Shown in pieces: positions 10,761 through 20,501 of a stretch of 24,272 nt of DNA (positions are counted from its first letter, which is position 1; every line of letters begins with the position of its first letter). The notes under the pieces were generated by a model. That model was not told where the DNA came from, made no database searches, and saw only the letters and a program-made list of their open reading frames with translations. This DNA is from Octopus sinensis (lineage: Eukaryota). The stretch lies in NCBI RefSeq assembly GCF_006345805.1, contig NW_021836444.1, forward strand, positions 1-24,272, given 5' to 3'. The position numbers and the translations under genes were made by a program.

Positions 10761-11170
10761 GTTGAGCTCGTGGCGGTTGTACTGTTCTCTGTTGGGGTGT
10801 GTATGTGGGTGTGCAAGTGTGTGTGTGGATGTGTGGGAGGTATGGGATGCGTGTGGGGGTGTGGGGTTGCGTGCGTGGGTGTGCGCATGCGCGTGCTGCA
10901 GCTACAGTCCTTCAAGATTTTTTTTCTGTTTTATTGCTGTAGATGAGATAAATGATGGCAAACATGAACAAAACATTTTTTTAAAAAATAGAAAGAAACT
11001 GAATTGTTTCAGAATAATGGTTCTTAAAGTTCCATTGTTCGATGGAGTGCTCAAAAGTTCCTAGCTTTTGGTAGAAGAAAATACAGGAGGATCAGTTAAT
11101 TACGATTTTGTTCAACATATACCACTCTTAGATTCACACACTTATCGCGGCGGTCTCTTTTTTTTTTTTA

Positions 11171-11374
11171 TTCTTTTACTTGTTTCAGTCATTTGTCAGT
11201 GGCCATGCTGGAGCACCGCTTTTAGTTGAGCAACTCCACCCCAGGAACTTATTCTTTGTAAGCCTAGTACTTATTCTATCGGTGTCTTTTGCTGAACCGC
11301 CGCTAAGTTACGGGGACGTTAACACACTAGCATCGGTTGGCAAGCGATGTTGGGGGAACAAACAAAGACACACA
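11171..11374 (-). mobile_element. SINE family A, 3' half
   Basis: Matches 23043-23225 and the reverse complement of 21265-21474. Confidence 0.9.
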
Positions 11375-11375
11375 A

Positions 11376-11467
<92 letters not shown>

Positions 11468-11684
11468 GTGATCTCTTGAGCACCACCAGCTCAAATATTT
11501 TCTCCTCTGTCTTCCTCCTCCTTGGAATCTTTCCTTCTCCTTGTTTCCGACGAAGAGCTCCGCTCGAAACGTTAAACCCCCCTTCCCTTCTTTCCTGAGT
11601 GTCAATAATACTTTAATTGTTCCACGTCCTGCGTTGCTGTGTTTTTTTCTCTCTTTTTCTGTTGTTTTTCGTTTGGATTAACTT
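11468..11684 (+). mobile_element. About 215-bp TA-flanked HHR-bearing non-autonomous element (Penelope-like/retrozyme-like), type 1
   Basis: Homologous to 16911-17105; no ORF; (TA)n on both sides. Confidence 0.75.
11543..11577 (+). ncRNA. Minimal type I hammerhead ribozyme motif, variant 1 (U4C core)
   Basis: gttt-CCGACGA-a-gagc(tcc)gctc-GAA-ACGT-T-aaac; identical over 35 nt to 16979-17013. Folded by eye. Confidence 0.7.
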
Positions 11685-11728
11685 TATATATTATATATAT
11701 ATATATATCTATATATATATATATATAT

Positions 11729-12366
11729 ATACAAAATAAGAAAATGGAGAAATACATCTAAATCAAATATCAATTACCAGATAATACTCAATCACATACT
11801 TTATTAAACCACCACATAAGAAACTATAGGGTTAAACATAAAAAAAAAGTAGAGCAAACCAGTGTACATAAAGGAGTATACATAAAAAAGTGTACATAAA
11901 AGAGTAATGTTATACAATAAGTAGAATATATATAAGAGAATATAAATATAAGTAAATATAAATATAAATATAGATTACATCTTACAGCTGTTTCGGCCAT
12001 GTAGATAAGTATGTCTCATTTTACTCATATTAACCTTTTATGGTAGGTCAATATGTAGTTATAAATGAGACATTTACAAAAATATCATAAGGCCTCATAG
12101 TTTCTTATATGGTGGTTTAATAAAGTATGTGATTGAGTATTATCTGGTAATTGATATTTGATTTAGATGTATTTCTCCATTTTCTTATTTTGTATTATGA
12201 ATTTGTGGTAAAACATTTTACCTTTGCCCATATAATACAGTAAATGAATTGATTGCATCGCAATCCTTAACATTTATGTATTAACCTTGTTGGGTACTTC
12301 ACTAGCAGTATATTGGATATATGTTATCCCATGGAGGGTTGCATTTAGAACCCCTATCTCAATTTG
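11729..12366. mobile_element. TA-flanked AT-rich element with a 99-bp inverted repeat (11729-11827 / 12097-12195)
   Basis: Arms differ by 1 mismatch. The spacer holds an HHR 3'-half motif on the minus strand (GAA-ACAGCTGT-A, 11983-11994). Confidence 0.7.
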
Positions 12367-12389
12367 TATATATATATATATATATATAT

Positions 12390-14311
12390 ATCTACGCTTC
12401 CAGCTTAGTTTTTCTAATGCTCGTTGCTTAGTTTTTCTTGGAGGGCTGGCCGTGATCTAGTAATCTCAAGATTAATCAGCCGAAATTACTACGATGATCC
12501 GGTTCTTGACTGAAGACTGAGGGGTTCGAATGTCCTGTCCATGTTTATTGTATCGTCTTCTAAGAGTTATACGTTCTTGTCCATGTTGTATTTTTCTACA
12601 TACCTTAACATATATTCCAGGCGCCCCGTACCCCCCTTATCATTAATGTGAACACATATTCTTAATAATTGGTACGACTCTCTGTTTGTCTCTCTCTCTC
12701 TCTCATTTTTACTTGATCTGTCCCCCCCTCTCTCTCTTTTCTCTCTATTCATCTTCTCTTTCCTCTGATCCTTTGGTCTAGTCTTCCACTACCTCCTATT
12801 GCTTTGTCTCGCTCTGCACTCACAGGTCATTCTTCGACACCCATCCCTTCTCCTCTCTGATTCCTTCTTTCTCTCTCTTCTCTCTCTTGTTGCGTTTTGT
12901 CCCCCTTTTCTCTCTCTCTCTTCCTTTGCTTCTCTTTCTTTTCTTTTCCCTCTTCTCTGTCACGTGACTGTTGGCCAAAATCTGCCTTTCAGCTCCTGAC
13001 CCTCGTCGTGTTAACATCGTTGTTTTTCGTCCGCCGCTATAAAGGCTTTTTCCAATGCGCCAGAGAAAAAATTTGTTTGCTTGTTATCAGTCGTAAGACA
13101 CTTGTTGTTTTCACCGTTAATGCTTCTGTATTTCATGTTTCTGTATCCATTATTGTTTTTTGTTTTTTTTTATATATCTGTCCCTTTTGCTGTCCTGGTG
13201 TTCGTATGCATTCGATCCTTCTTCCAGGAAATCTACGCTTCCAGCTTAGTTTTTCTAATGCTCGTTGCTTAGTTTTTCTTGGAGGGCTGGCCGTGATCTA
13301 GTAATCTCAAGATTAATCAGCCGAAATTACTACGATGATCCGGTTCTTGACTGAAGACTGAGGGGTTCGAATGTCCTGTCCATGTTTATTGTATCGTCTT
13401 CTAAGAGTTATACGTTCTTGTCCATGTTGTATTTTTCTACATACCTTAACATATATTCCAGGCGCCCCGTACCCCCCTTATCATTAATGTGAACACATAT
13501 TCTTAATAATTGGTACGACTCTCTGTTTGTCTCTCTCTCTCTCTCTCATTTTCTCTCTCTCTCTTTTACTTGATCTGTCCCCCCCTCTCTCTCTTTTCTC
13601 TCTATTCATCTTCTCTTTCCTCTGATCCTTTGGTCTAGTCTTCCACTACCCTCCTATTTCTTTGTCTCGCTCTGCACTCACAGGTCATTCTTCGACACCC
13701 ATCCCTTCTCCTCTCTGATTCCTTCTTTCTCTCTCTTCTCTCTCTTTGTTGCGTTTTGTCCCCCTTTTCTCTCTCTCTCTCTTCCTTTGCTTCTCTTTCT
13801 TTTCTTTTCCCTCTTCTCTGTCACGTGACTGTTGGCCGAAATCTGCCTTTCAGCTCCTGACCCTCGTCGTGTTAACATCGTTGTTTTTCGTCCGCCGCTA
13901 TAAAGGCTTTTTCCAATGCGCCAGAGAAAAAATTTGTTTGCTTGTTATCAGTCGTAAGACACTTGTTGTTTTCACCGTTAATGCTTCTGTATTTCATGTT
14001 TCTGTATTCCATTATTGTTTTTTGTTTTTTTTTATATATCTGTCCCTTTTGCTGTCCTGGTGTTCGTATGCATTCGATCCTTCTTCCAGGAAATCTACGC
14101 TTCCAGCTTAGTTTTTCTAATGCTCGTTGCTTAGTTTTTCTTGGAGGGCTGGCCGTGATCTAGTAATCTCAAGATTAATCAGCCGAAATTACTACGATGA
14201 TCCGGTTCTTGACTGAAGACTGAGGGGTTCGAATGTCCTGTCCATGTTTATTGTATCGTCTTCTAAGAGTTATACGTTCTTGTCCATGTTGTATTTTTCT
14301 ACATACCTTAA
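12390..14311 (+). mobile_element. Partial tandem array: 219-bp terminal repeat x3 (12390-12608, 13231-13449, 14093-14311) with a CT-rich body x2; pLTR-like architecture, non-autonomous
   Basis: Periods 841 and 862 bp; flanked by (TA)n; terminal repeat homologous to the reverse complement of about 15092-15290; no real ORF. Confidence 0.85.
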
Positions 14312-14318
14312 TATATAT

Positions 14319-14350
<32 letters not shown>

Positions 14351-14373
14351 ATATATATATATACATATATATA

Positions 14374-14537
14374 CGACGGGTTTCTTTCAGTTTCCTTCTA
14401 CCAAATCCGCTCACAAGGCTTTGCTCGGACCGAGGCTATAGTAGAAGACACTTGCCCAAGGTGCCAGGCAATGGGACTGAACCCAGAACCATGTGGTTGG
14501 TAAGCAAGCTACTTACCACACAGCCACTCCTACGCCT
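14374..14537 (-). mobile_element. SINE family A, 5' half
   Basis: Matches 23250-23413; tRNA-like head plus CORE-like GCACCTTGGGCAAGTGTCTT. Confidence 0.9.
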
Positions 14538-14666
14538 ATGATTTTTCTAAGCCCTGTAAAAGAACTTGGATAGCTGAACCTCCAGCCGGGCCTTTCGCGA
14601 TACCCTTATTGCCAGGAACGCTTCAACACCCACCTCGTAATATCCAGATTATTTCATTTAAAGATT

Positions 14667-14970
14667 ATCGTTGTTGTTGTTGCTATCTTTGTTGCTATCG
14701 TTATCATCGTCAACAATGATATTGCTTCTGTCGTCATCATCGTCCGCATCATTATCCTCTCGTTATAGCTACTGTTGTATTTGTTGCCGTCGTTGTTGTT
14801 GTCGTTGCTTCAACATTATTGTCCATTGCTCCTGCTGCTGCTACTGCTGCTGCTGGTAATGATGTGGTGGTGGTGGTGGGGGGTGACTGCTGATGATGTT
14901 GATGGTGACGATGATGATGTCGTCGTTGTCACTGCTGTTGCTGCTGTTGGTGGTGTTGACTGTTGTTATT
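14667..14970. repeat. Degenerate trinucleotide low-complexity tract (GTT/CAT/GCT/GAT)
   Basis: Direct. Confidence 0.85.
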
Positions 14971-15091
14971 GTTTTGTCCCCAAGTCAGCCCTGTTAAACT
15001 CCTGTTAAACATTTTAATATTTGTAAATTAGTAGGTTCAATTCTCTAGAGCCACTAAATTGTGTGTATATATATATATATATTATATATAT

Positions 15092-15416
15092 GTAAAAAAA
15101 AATACAAACTGGGACAAGAACGCAAAACATTTAGAAGACGATACAAAAAACACGGACGGGACATTCGAAGCCTTCAATCTTCAGTCAAGAACCGGATCAT
15201 CCTCGCAATTTCGGCTGATTAATCTTGAGATTGCTCCGATCTGGCCAGCCCCAAAGGAAAATCTAAGCCAAGCGCATTAGGTTCCTTCGAAGAAAGCCTC
15301 GAATGTATACAAAACAAGGGCGGAAAAACGGACGATGTTACACGAATAAGAATACAAAAATACGTAAAAACAATAGTATTCAACGTTTTTTAGATGTCCT
15401 GTACCCATATATGCAT
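15092..15416 (-). mobile_element. Single TA-flanked relative of the 12390-14311 terminal repeat
   Basis: Minus strand carries GGGCTGGCC..GATC..AATCTCAAGATTAATCAGCCGAAATT..GATGATCCGGTTCTTGACTGAAGA and ends at nearly the same position as the array. Confidence 0.85.
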
Positions 15417-15499
15417 GTACATATACATATATATGTAGGTATGTACACATATGTATGTATATATGCATATATTCATATATATATATATATATATATAAA

Positions 15500-15840
15500 C
15501 AGATTGGCTACTTCTCTGCTGAATCCCTCCCACTCTCTTCCCAATAAGGATCGATTAAGTCTATTCAAAATGTTTTCAATCTACGGAGAAATAGGTAAAT
15601 TTGACAAGCCTGTATGCCTGTTATGTAAGTTTACAACCAAACATATTCCAGCCGTGACCATCACGCCGTTTTGTACTTCTAGAAGTAACCATTGTGGCCT
15701 TGTTTTTCCACAAGACGGTTGGGTGTGATTTTAAGGTTGTTTTGCTGGTGTTTGTGGCTAATTGAGATTCATTCGTTGACGCATAGTCAGCAGTAGTTCT
15801 TGTAAGTGTAGTGATTTTCAAATACTAAACCCTAAATGTA
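15500..15840 (-). pseudogene. Possible heavily decayed LINE RT C-terminal fragment
   Basis: One minus frame with stops reads NLKITPNRLVEK...YKTA*WSRLEYVW, which resembles the YKxLVRSRLEYxxxVW motif. Weak. Confidence 0.3.
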
Positions 15841-15942
15841 TCTCAGATCACTGATGACTGATTTATAAAGATCGATCAGTACCTGAGTTCCTGACCACTA
15901 ATTACTGATTTATATATATTAATTTAAAAAAACAATAGTGAA

Positions 15943-16370
15943 GGCGCGTGGTTAGGTGGTTAGGGTATTCGGCACACGATCGCAAGGTCGTGAATTCGAT
16001 TCCCGACGATGGCTTGTGTCCTTAAGCAAGACATTTTATCTTTCGTTACTTCATTCCACTCAGCTGGCAACAATGAGTTGTACCTGTATTTCAAAGGACC
16101 AGCCTTGTCACACTTTTTTGCGTTGCTTTAGCAAGCAAAATAGATCTCAGTCAGAATTTCCGATCAAGTGTTTTCAGTGGTTGGATCAACTGAACCACCA
16201 GTTTTATTGGATAAACATGTAAGCAGCTGAATATTCCACAAACTAGTGTACCCTTCACGTAATTTTCAGGTCTAATCAAGGTGGCACAGAATGTGAAAAG
16301 GCTGTACCTTTGAATAACTGCTGCTACAAACCATCAAACGGTCTTTGATACCAAAGAGTGGATTCGACCC
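15943..16370. mobile_element. Two family C SINEs tail-to-tail: plus (15943-about 16196) and minus 3' half (about 16197-16370)
   Basis: The plus copy has A-box TGGTTAGGTGG and B-box GAATTCGATTCC. The reverse complement of 16197-16370 matches the 5747-5900 segment. Confidence 0.7.
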
Positions 16371-16507
16371 TGGGTTCACTTAGACTTGAGGGGAACTTCT
16401 TAACCATTCTGCCATACCACGCATACATTGTGCCTAAATACTTTTATGAATATCAATATTATAATATTAATACTTTACTACGAGATAATCCAAGAGATAA
16501 TCCACAT

Positions 16508-16602
16508 AGCGGTGTGGTAAGACGTTTACTTCCCAACCACAAGGTTCCTGGTTCAATTCCTCTGGGTTGGACCTTGGCCAAGTATCTTCTACAATAGCCT
16601 CG
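16508..16602 (+). mobile_element. SINE family A, 5' fragment
   Basis: GGTGTGGTAAG..CCCAACCAC..GGTTCAATTCC..CCTTGGCCAAGTATCTTCTACAATAGCCTCG. Confidence 0.8.
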
Positions 16603-16857
16603 AAACACAACTAGATCTCATTACGCAAACAATTGTATAATCAAATACCTGTATTCTTGGAAAATTATGTTGTGTCGAAACAATTCTAGCGAATAATAAA
16701 CAAATGTCCAACTGTACTCCCTTTTCCTGTTTCCGATTTCTTCAATTTTATGTTCACACACGTCGAATGCCCAATTTTAGGGTTCGAAATATATAATAAT
16801 GCCACCTATACAACTGGGTTATTCTGAAGGTGGACGAACTCTATACTCCAACAAGTT

Positions 16858-16910
<53 letters not shown>

Positions 16911-16912
<2 letters not shown>

Positions 16913-17105
16913 CCGCGTGTGTACCGTTGGCGATTTTTTTCCTCTATCTTCCCTTCTCTGGATCTTTCCTTCTCCTATGTTTCCGACGAAGAGCTCCGCT
17001 CGAAACGTTAAACCTTCCTTCTTTCCTGAGAGTCCAATAATACTATATTTGCTCCACGTCCTTGCGTTGTTGTGTTTTTTTTTGTGGTTTCTTGTTTGGA
17101 TTAAC
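16911..17105 (+). mobile_element. TA-flanked HHR-bearing element, type 1 (second copy)
   Basis: Homologous to 11468-11684. Confidence 0.75.
16979..17013 (+). ncRNA. Minimal type I hammerhead motif, variant 1
   Basis: gttt-CCGACGA-a-gagc(tcc)gctc-GAA-ACGT-T-aaac. Confidence 0.7.
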
Positions 17106-17118
17106 TATATATATATAT

Positions 17119-17310
17119 TGCTCCTGCACGCATTTTTTTCTCTCCTTGTTTCTCTCCGTGTTTCTTTTCTGTATATCTTTCTGTTGAAGAGCCGTAGGCT
17201 CGAAACGTAAAAGACTTGTTTTATTTCTATTCCTGAGCGCCATACTAATACAATTGTTTGTTTGTACTCCACCTGCCTTCGTCTTTGTTTATTTTCGTAA
17301 AGCTTCCCGT
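17119..17310 (+). mobile_element. TA-flanked HHR-bearing element, type 2
   Basis: Same layout as type 1: pyrimidine-rich leader, HHR, CCTGAG..TAATA..CTCCAC block, (TA)n. Confidence 0.75.
17176..17214 (+). ncRNA. Minimal type I hammerhead motif, variant 2 (A6U core)
   Basis: tcttt-CTGTTGA-a-gagcc(gta)ggctc-GAA-ACGT-A-aaaga. Confidence 0.65.
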
Positions 17311-17345
<35 letters not shown>

Positions 17346-17386
17346 TATATATATAATATATATATATATTATATATATATATTATA

Positions 17387-17418
<32 letters not shown>

Positions 17419-17419
17419 C

Positions 17420-17656
17420 AATGTATGTGTATATTTGTGTCTGAGTTTGTTTCACTACTACCACTTCAAAACCGGGTGAACCGGTGTGTCTCTGTAACTT
17501 AGCAGTTCAGTAAAAAAAACGATAGTAAATAAGTACTAGGTTTTAAAAAATGGAAATCAATAAATACTGTGTTCGATTCGTTCGATTAAAATTCTTCAAG
17601 GTTATATGCTCCAGCATGGTCGCATCTAATGACTGAAACAGGTAAAAAGATAAAAG
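17420..17656 (+). mobile_element. Diverged SINE family A, 3' half
   Basis: GTAACTTAGCAGTTC..AATAAGTACTAGG..GCTCCAGCATGGTCGCA..AATGACTGAAAC..AAAAGATAAAAGA. Confidence 0.8.
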
Positions 17657-18339
17657 AGGAGCTATTAATATTAATATTTTCCGTTGAAACGTCTTATATT
17701 GCTTTTTATCTCTCATAAATTTTGCTGATCAAGTTAATGTGTTTTTGTTTTTTTTTTACTAGATTACTCCACTCCGAAGAAAATTATCAATATTCATAAA
17801 TTTACCAGTTTGAGCCAACGAAAAACATGGGATAAAGATAAATTTTATCCATAAAAATTAAGTATTGCGCTTCCTGCACTTTGCTGCACTCTACCTGAAC
17901 ATGGAGGTACAAAGGGTTTTTTTTTTAATTTTGTAAGATAACATTTTTTAATGTAAATGCCTGTCTTTAATACGCAACACTATTTCCAGAAATTTCCAAG
18001 CAGGGATAGAATATGCTCGATTTGCTCATTACATAGTTCCTCGGAGAAAGTTAAATGGTTCGGTGTTAGCTCCCGCAGTAATGATCCTAGAAAGAATGAA
18101 TAAAAAAATAAAATAAAATAAAATAAAAACTTAAATTAAACTAATAAATAAAACAACGGAGGTGCAGTCATAGCTGTGGCTGTGTGATTAAAAAGCTCGC
18201 TTTGCAACCACGCAGTTTCAGGTTCAATCCCATGGAGCGGCACTTTGGGCAAGCGACTTCTTCTATAGCTCCGGGATCACCAAGGCTTTGTGAGTAAATT
18301 TGATAGACGGAAGCTATATATATATATATATATATATAT

Positions 18340-18609
18340 AAAGAATAAAAAGTTTTGAATGGTACTACAATGCACTATAATACAGACAATGGGCTATATA
18401 CCTGTTGTAATTTAGTCATCCATAGTCTAGTGACCCCATCTAAGAATATCTGAAGAAGGAATATTATTCCGAAATATCATATCAGACTATGGTTGACTAA
18501 ATTACAACAGGTATATAACCCATTGTCTGTATTATAGTGCATTGTTGTACCATTCAAAACTTTTCATTCTTTACAAACAATACACAATGCTTCAAGCGAA
18601 CTACAATAT

Positions 18610-18612
<3 letters not shown>
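18340..18612 (+). mobile_element. TA-flanked fold-back element: 89-bp inverted repeat (18340-18428 / 18484-18572) around an HHR
   Basis: Arms differ at 4 positions; the 55-nt loop contains a canonical-core hammerhead. Confidence 0.8.
18446..18482 (+). ncRNA. Minimal type I hammerhead motif, variant 3 (canonical CUGAAGA core)
   Basis: atat-CTGAAGA-a-ggaa(tatta)ttcc-GAA-ATAT-C-atat; predicted cleavage after C18478 (AUC). Confidence 0.75.
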
Positions 18613-18646
<34 letters not shown>

Positions 18647-19167
18647 GAGAAAGTTAAAGATTCTGTATGTGTATTTGTATTTGTTACTCCCACCGCTTGA
18701 CAAACGGCGTGGGTTTGTTTACGTCTCTGTATCTTAATGGTTCGTGGCTTAAATATAAGAACTAAGGTTCGAGTTGTTCAACTAAAACCCGTCGAGACGA
18801 TGACCCAGCATGACTGCAGTCAGTAAAAAGTAGAAGGTAAAAAGGAATTGTTGAGCTAGAAATCGGGCGTTCCGCATATCAAATGAACTTATCGACATTA
18901 AAAAAAAATTTACACCAATTCTTAACAATTTCTCTGAAACTAGTTTTTGTACCGATTTCATGCCAGTTATTTTGCCGTTGAATACCCGTTGTGAAACCCA
19001 AGGTCGAGTCGAGAACGATCTAGAGCTCAATGATTTGAATTGCACTTGTGTATTTGTTGTTTTTAGAATACTGTTGGTATTGATTGCTCCACGCAGCTGG
19101 TCACAGCGCCAGAAGCTGGCATGTGGTTAACACATGCCGCACTTTTTGTATACGTGTGTTTGATATT

Positions 19168-19206
19168 CTGTGTGTGTGTGTGTGTGTGTGTTGTGTGTGT
19201 GTGTGT

Positions 19207-19257
<51 letters not shown>

Positions 19258-19266
19258 TAGAGAGAG
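19168..19266. repeat. (TG)n(AG)n microsatellite
   Basis: Direct. Confidence 0.95.
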
Positions 19267-19295
19267 AATGAGGGGTTATTCCGGGTGATGCTAGT

Positions 19296-19560
19296 ACTGT
19301 GTAATCCAGTACAACCCGTTACATGGTCGGCTCGTCGGCGACTAAACCGACATCCCCGCCAGGACTAGACTGGTGAGGAAGACAACTAGAAAATTAGCAG
19401 AACATAAATAAGACCTGCTATAGGGGCAGATGAACCCAACAGAGATACCTATAACCAGGGATACCAGGCTATAGTGGACAGAGGCACAGAAATGACTGAG
19501 AGGTTGAATGAGTTTGTTGTAAGACCGCTTTGGGAGTGGTTGAGCCCTAGTTTTTGTCAG
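19296..19560 (+). mobile_element. Second copy of the 7355-7530 repeat family
   Basis: Alignment by eye with 7355-7530. Confidence 0.65.
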
Positions 19561-19959
19561 AACATAATGTCTATAAAAAAAGTAGATAAGGTTCTTTAGC
19601 CGTATTGAGAGTGACATTTGAAGGTGGACTGAAAAGTCCACAGGCTGACTATGAAGGAGTGCTGCTAGAGCTGTTGCAGGATACCCGGGTCTTTGGTCAT
19701 CTTCAAGCGTCTCCCTTCCTCTCCTAAATTCAGCTGGCTACTTATACACTGTTGATAAGGCTGCAACGTCATTCCCTAGTGTAACAGCCATGTCAGCATG
19801 AATGTCTTTGAGGGTTAATATTTTTTTTTTTTTTTGCAGATGCTTGATAACACCACGATGTCAAAGGTTGTCCGTTTTCTAGATAAATCGCTAACAGTTA
19901 CTTTTGAAGTCTTCTTTGAACAGTCAAACGTCAGTTTACCTGGATAGAAATAATGCAGT

Positions 19960-20312
19960 TAACAAGAGTACTCAGAGAGTGCAAACAGCTGCCAAAGCAA
20001 CACCAACGTCCTCTCAACGATTAGACAGAGATGATTTTTAAAATGAGAATATCTGAAATAAACTCGACTGCTCTCACAAACGGGAATACTAAATATGAAC
20101 CCGATCGCTCTCAAAAAATTAAGTAAGAAAAAAAAAACGGAAAATAATCCAGAATCCTTGTCCGGTACCAGATCAATCCCAAAATCTAATCAGTTCGTGC
20201 CAGTCACGAGGCCAAACATCCCTGAAAGTTTCATCCGAATTCATCCAATGCGGACAAAGAAACAAACACGACTGAAAACAATACCTCCGCCTTTACTAAG
20301 GCGGAGGTAATA
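19960..20312. mobile_element. Helentron/DINE-1-like non-autonomous element
   Basis: Terminal 12-bp stem-loop TACCTCCGCCTT-tact-AAGGCGGAGGTA (20282-20309), and a start AACAAGAGTACTCAGAGAG with a degenerate subterminal copy (CAGCTGCCAAAGC). Family assignment from recall. Confidence 0.55.
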
Positions 20313-20501
20313 AGAAGCGTTGGAATTTTAGGCAGGCAACATTTCACAGCTTTAGCATCACTCCTTTATATTCGGCCTAATAACTTTTCTGACAATCCTC
20401 ATATCTGTACTGCCCGATAGTCTTGTGGGTGAGTCTAGGAAGACAAAAACTAGTGGGGTGCATGCTCAGAAAAAAAAGCAAGCTGTGAAAGTTAGTTTTA
20501 A

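Larger units (their letters stand above)
18175..18830 (+). mobile_element. Diverged SINE family A split at its internal TA tract: 5' half 18175-18314, 3' half 18664-18830
   Basis: Both halves align to 21078-21474; they are separated by (TA)n, the 18340-18612 element and (TA)n. Confidence 0.75.

Noticed and set aside
15845-15880. CTGATGA followed by a small inverted repeat
   Set aside because: No GAAA and no stem III or NUH site in register.
15943-16012. tRNA-like sequence with A and B boxes (also 5651, 21078 and other SINE heads)
   Set aside because: The cloverleaf is incomplete and each runs directly into SINE body sequence, so these are SINE heads, not tRNA genes.
19118-19138. 8-bp hairpin GGCATGTG/CACATGCC as a possible Helitron 3' end
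   Set aside because: No CTRR terminus follows and no matching 5' end was seen.
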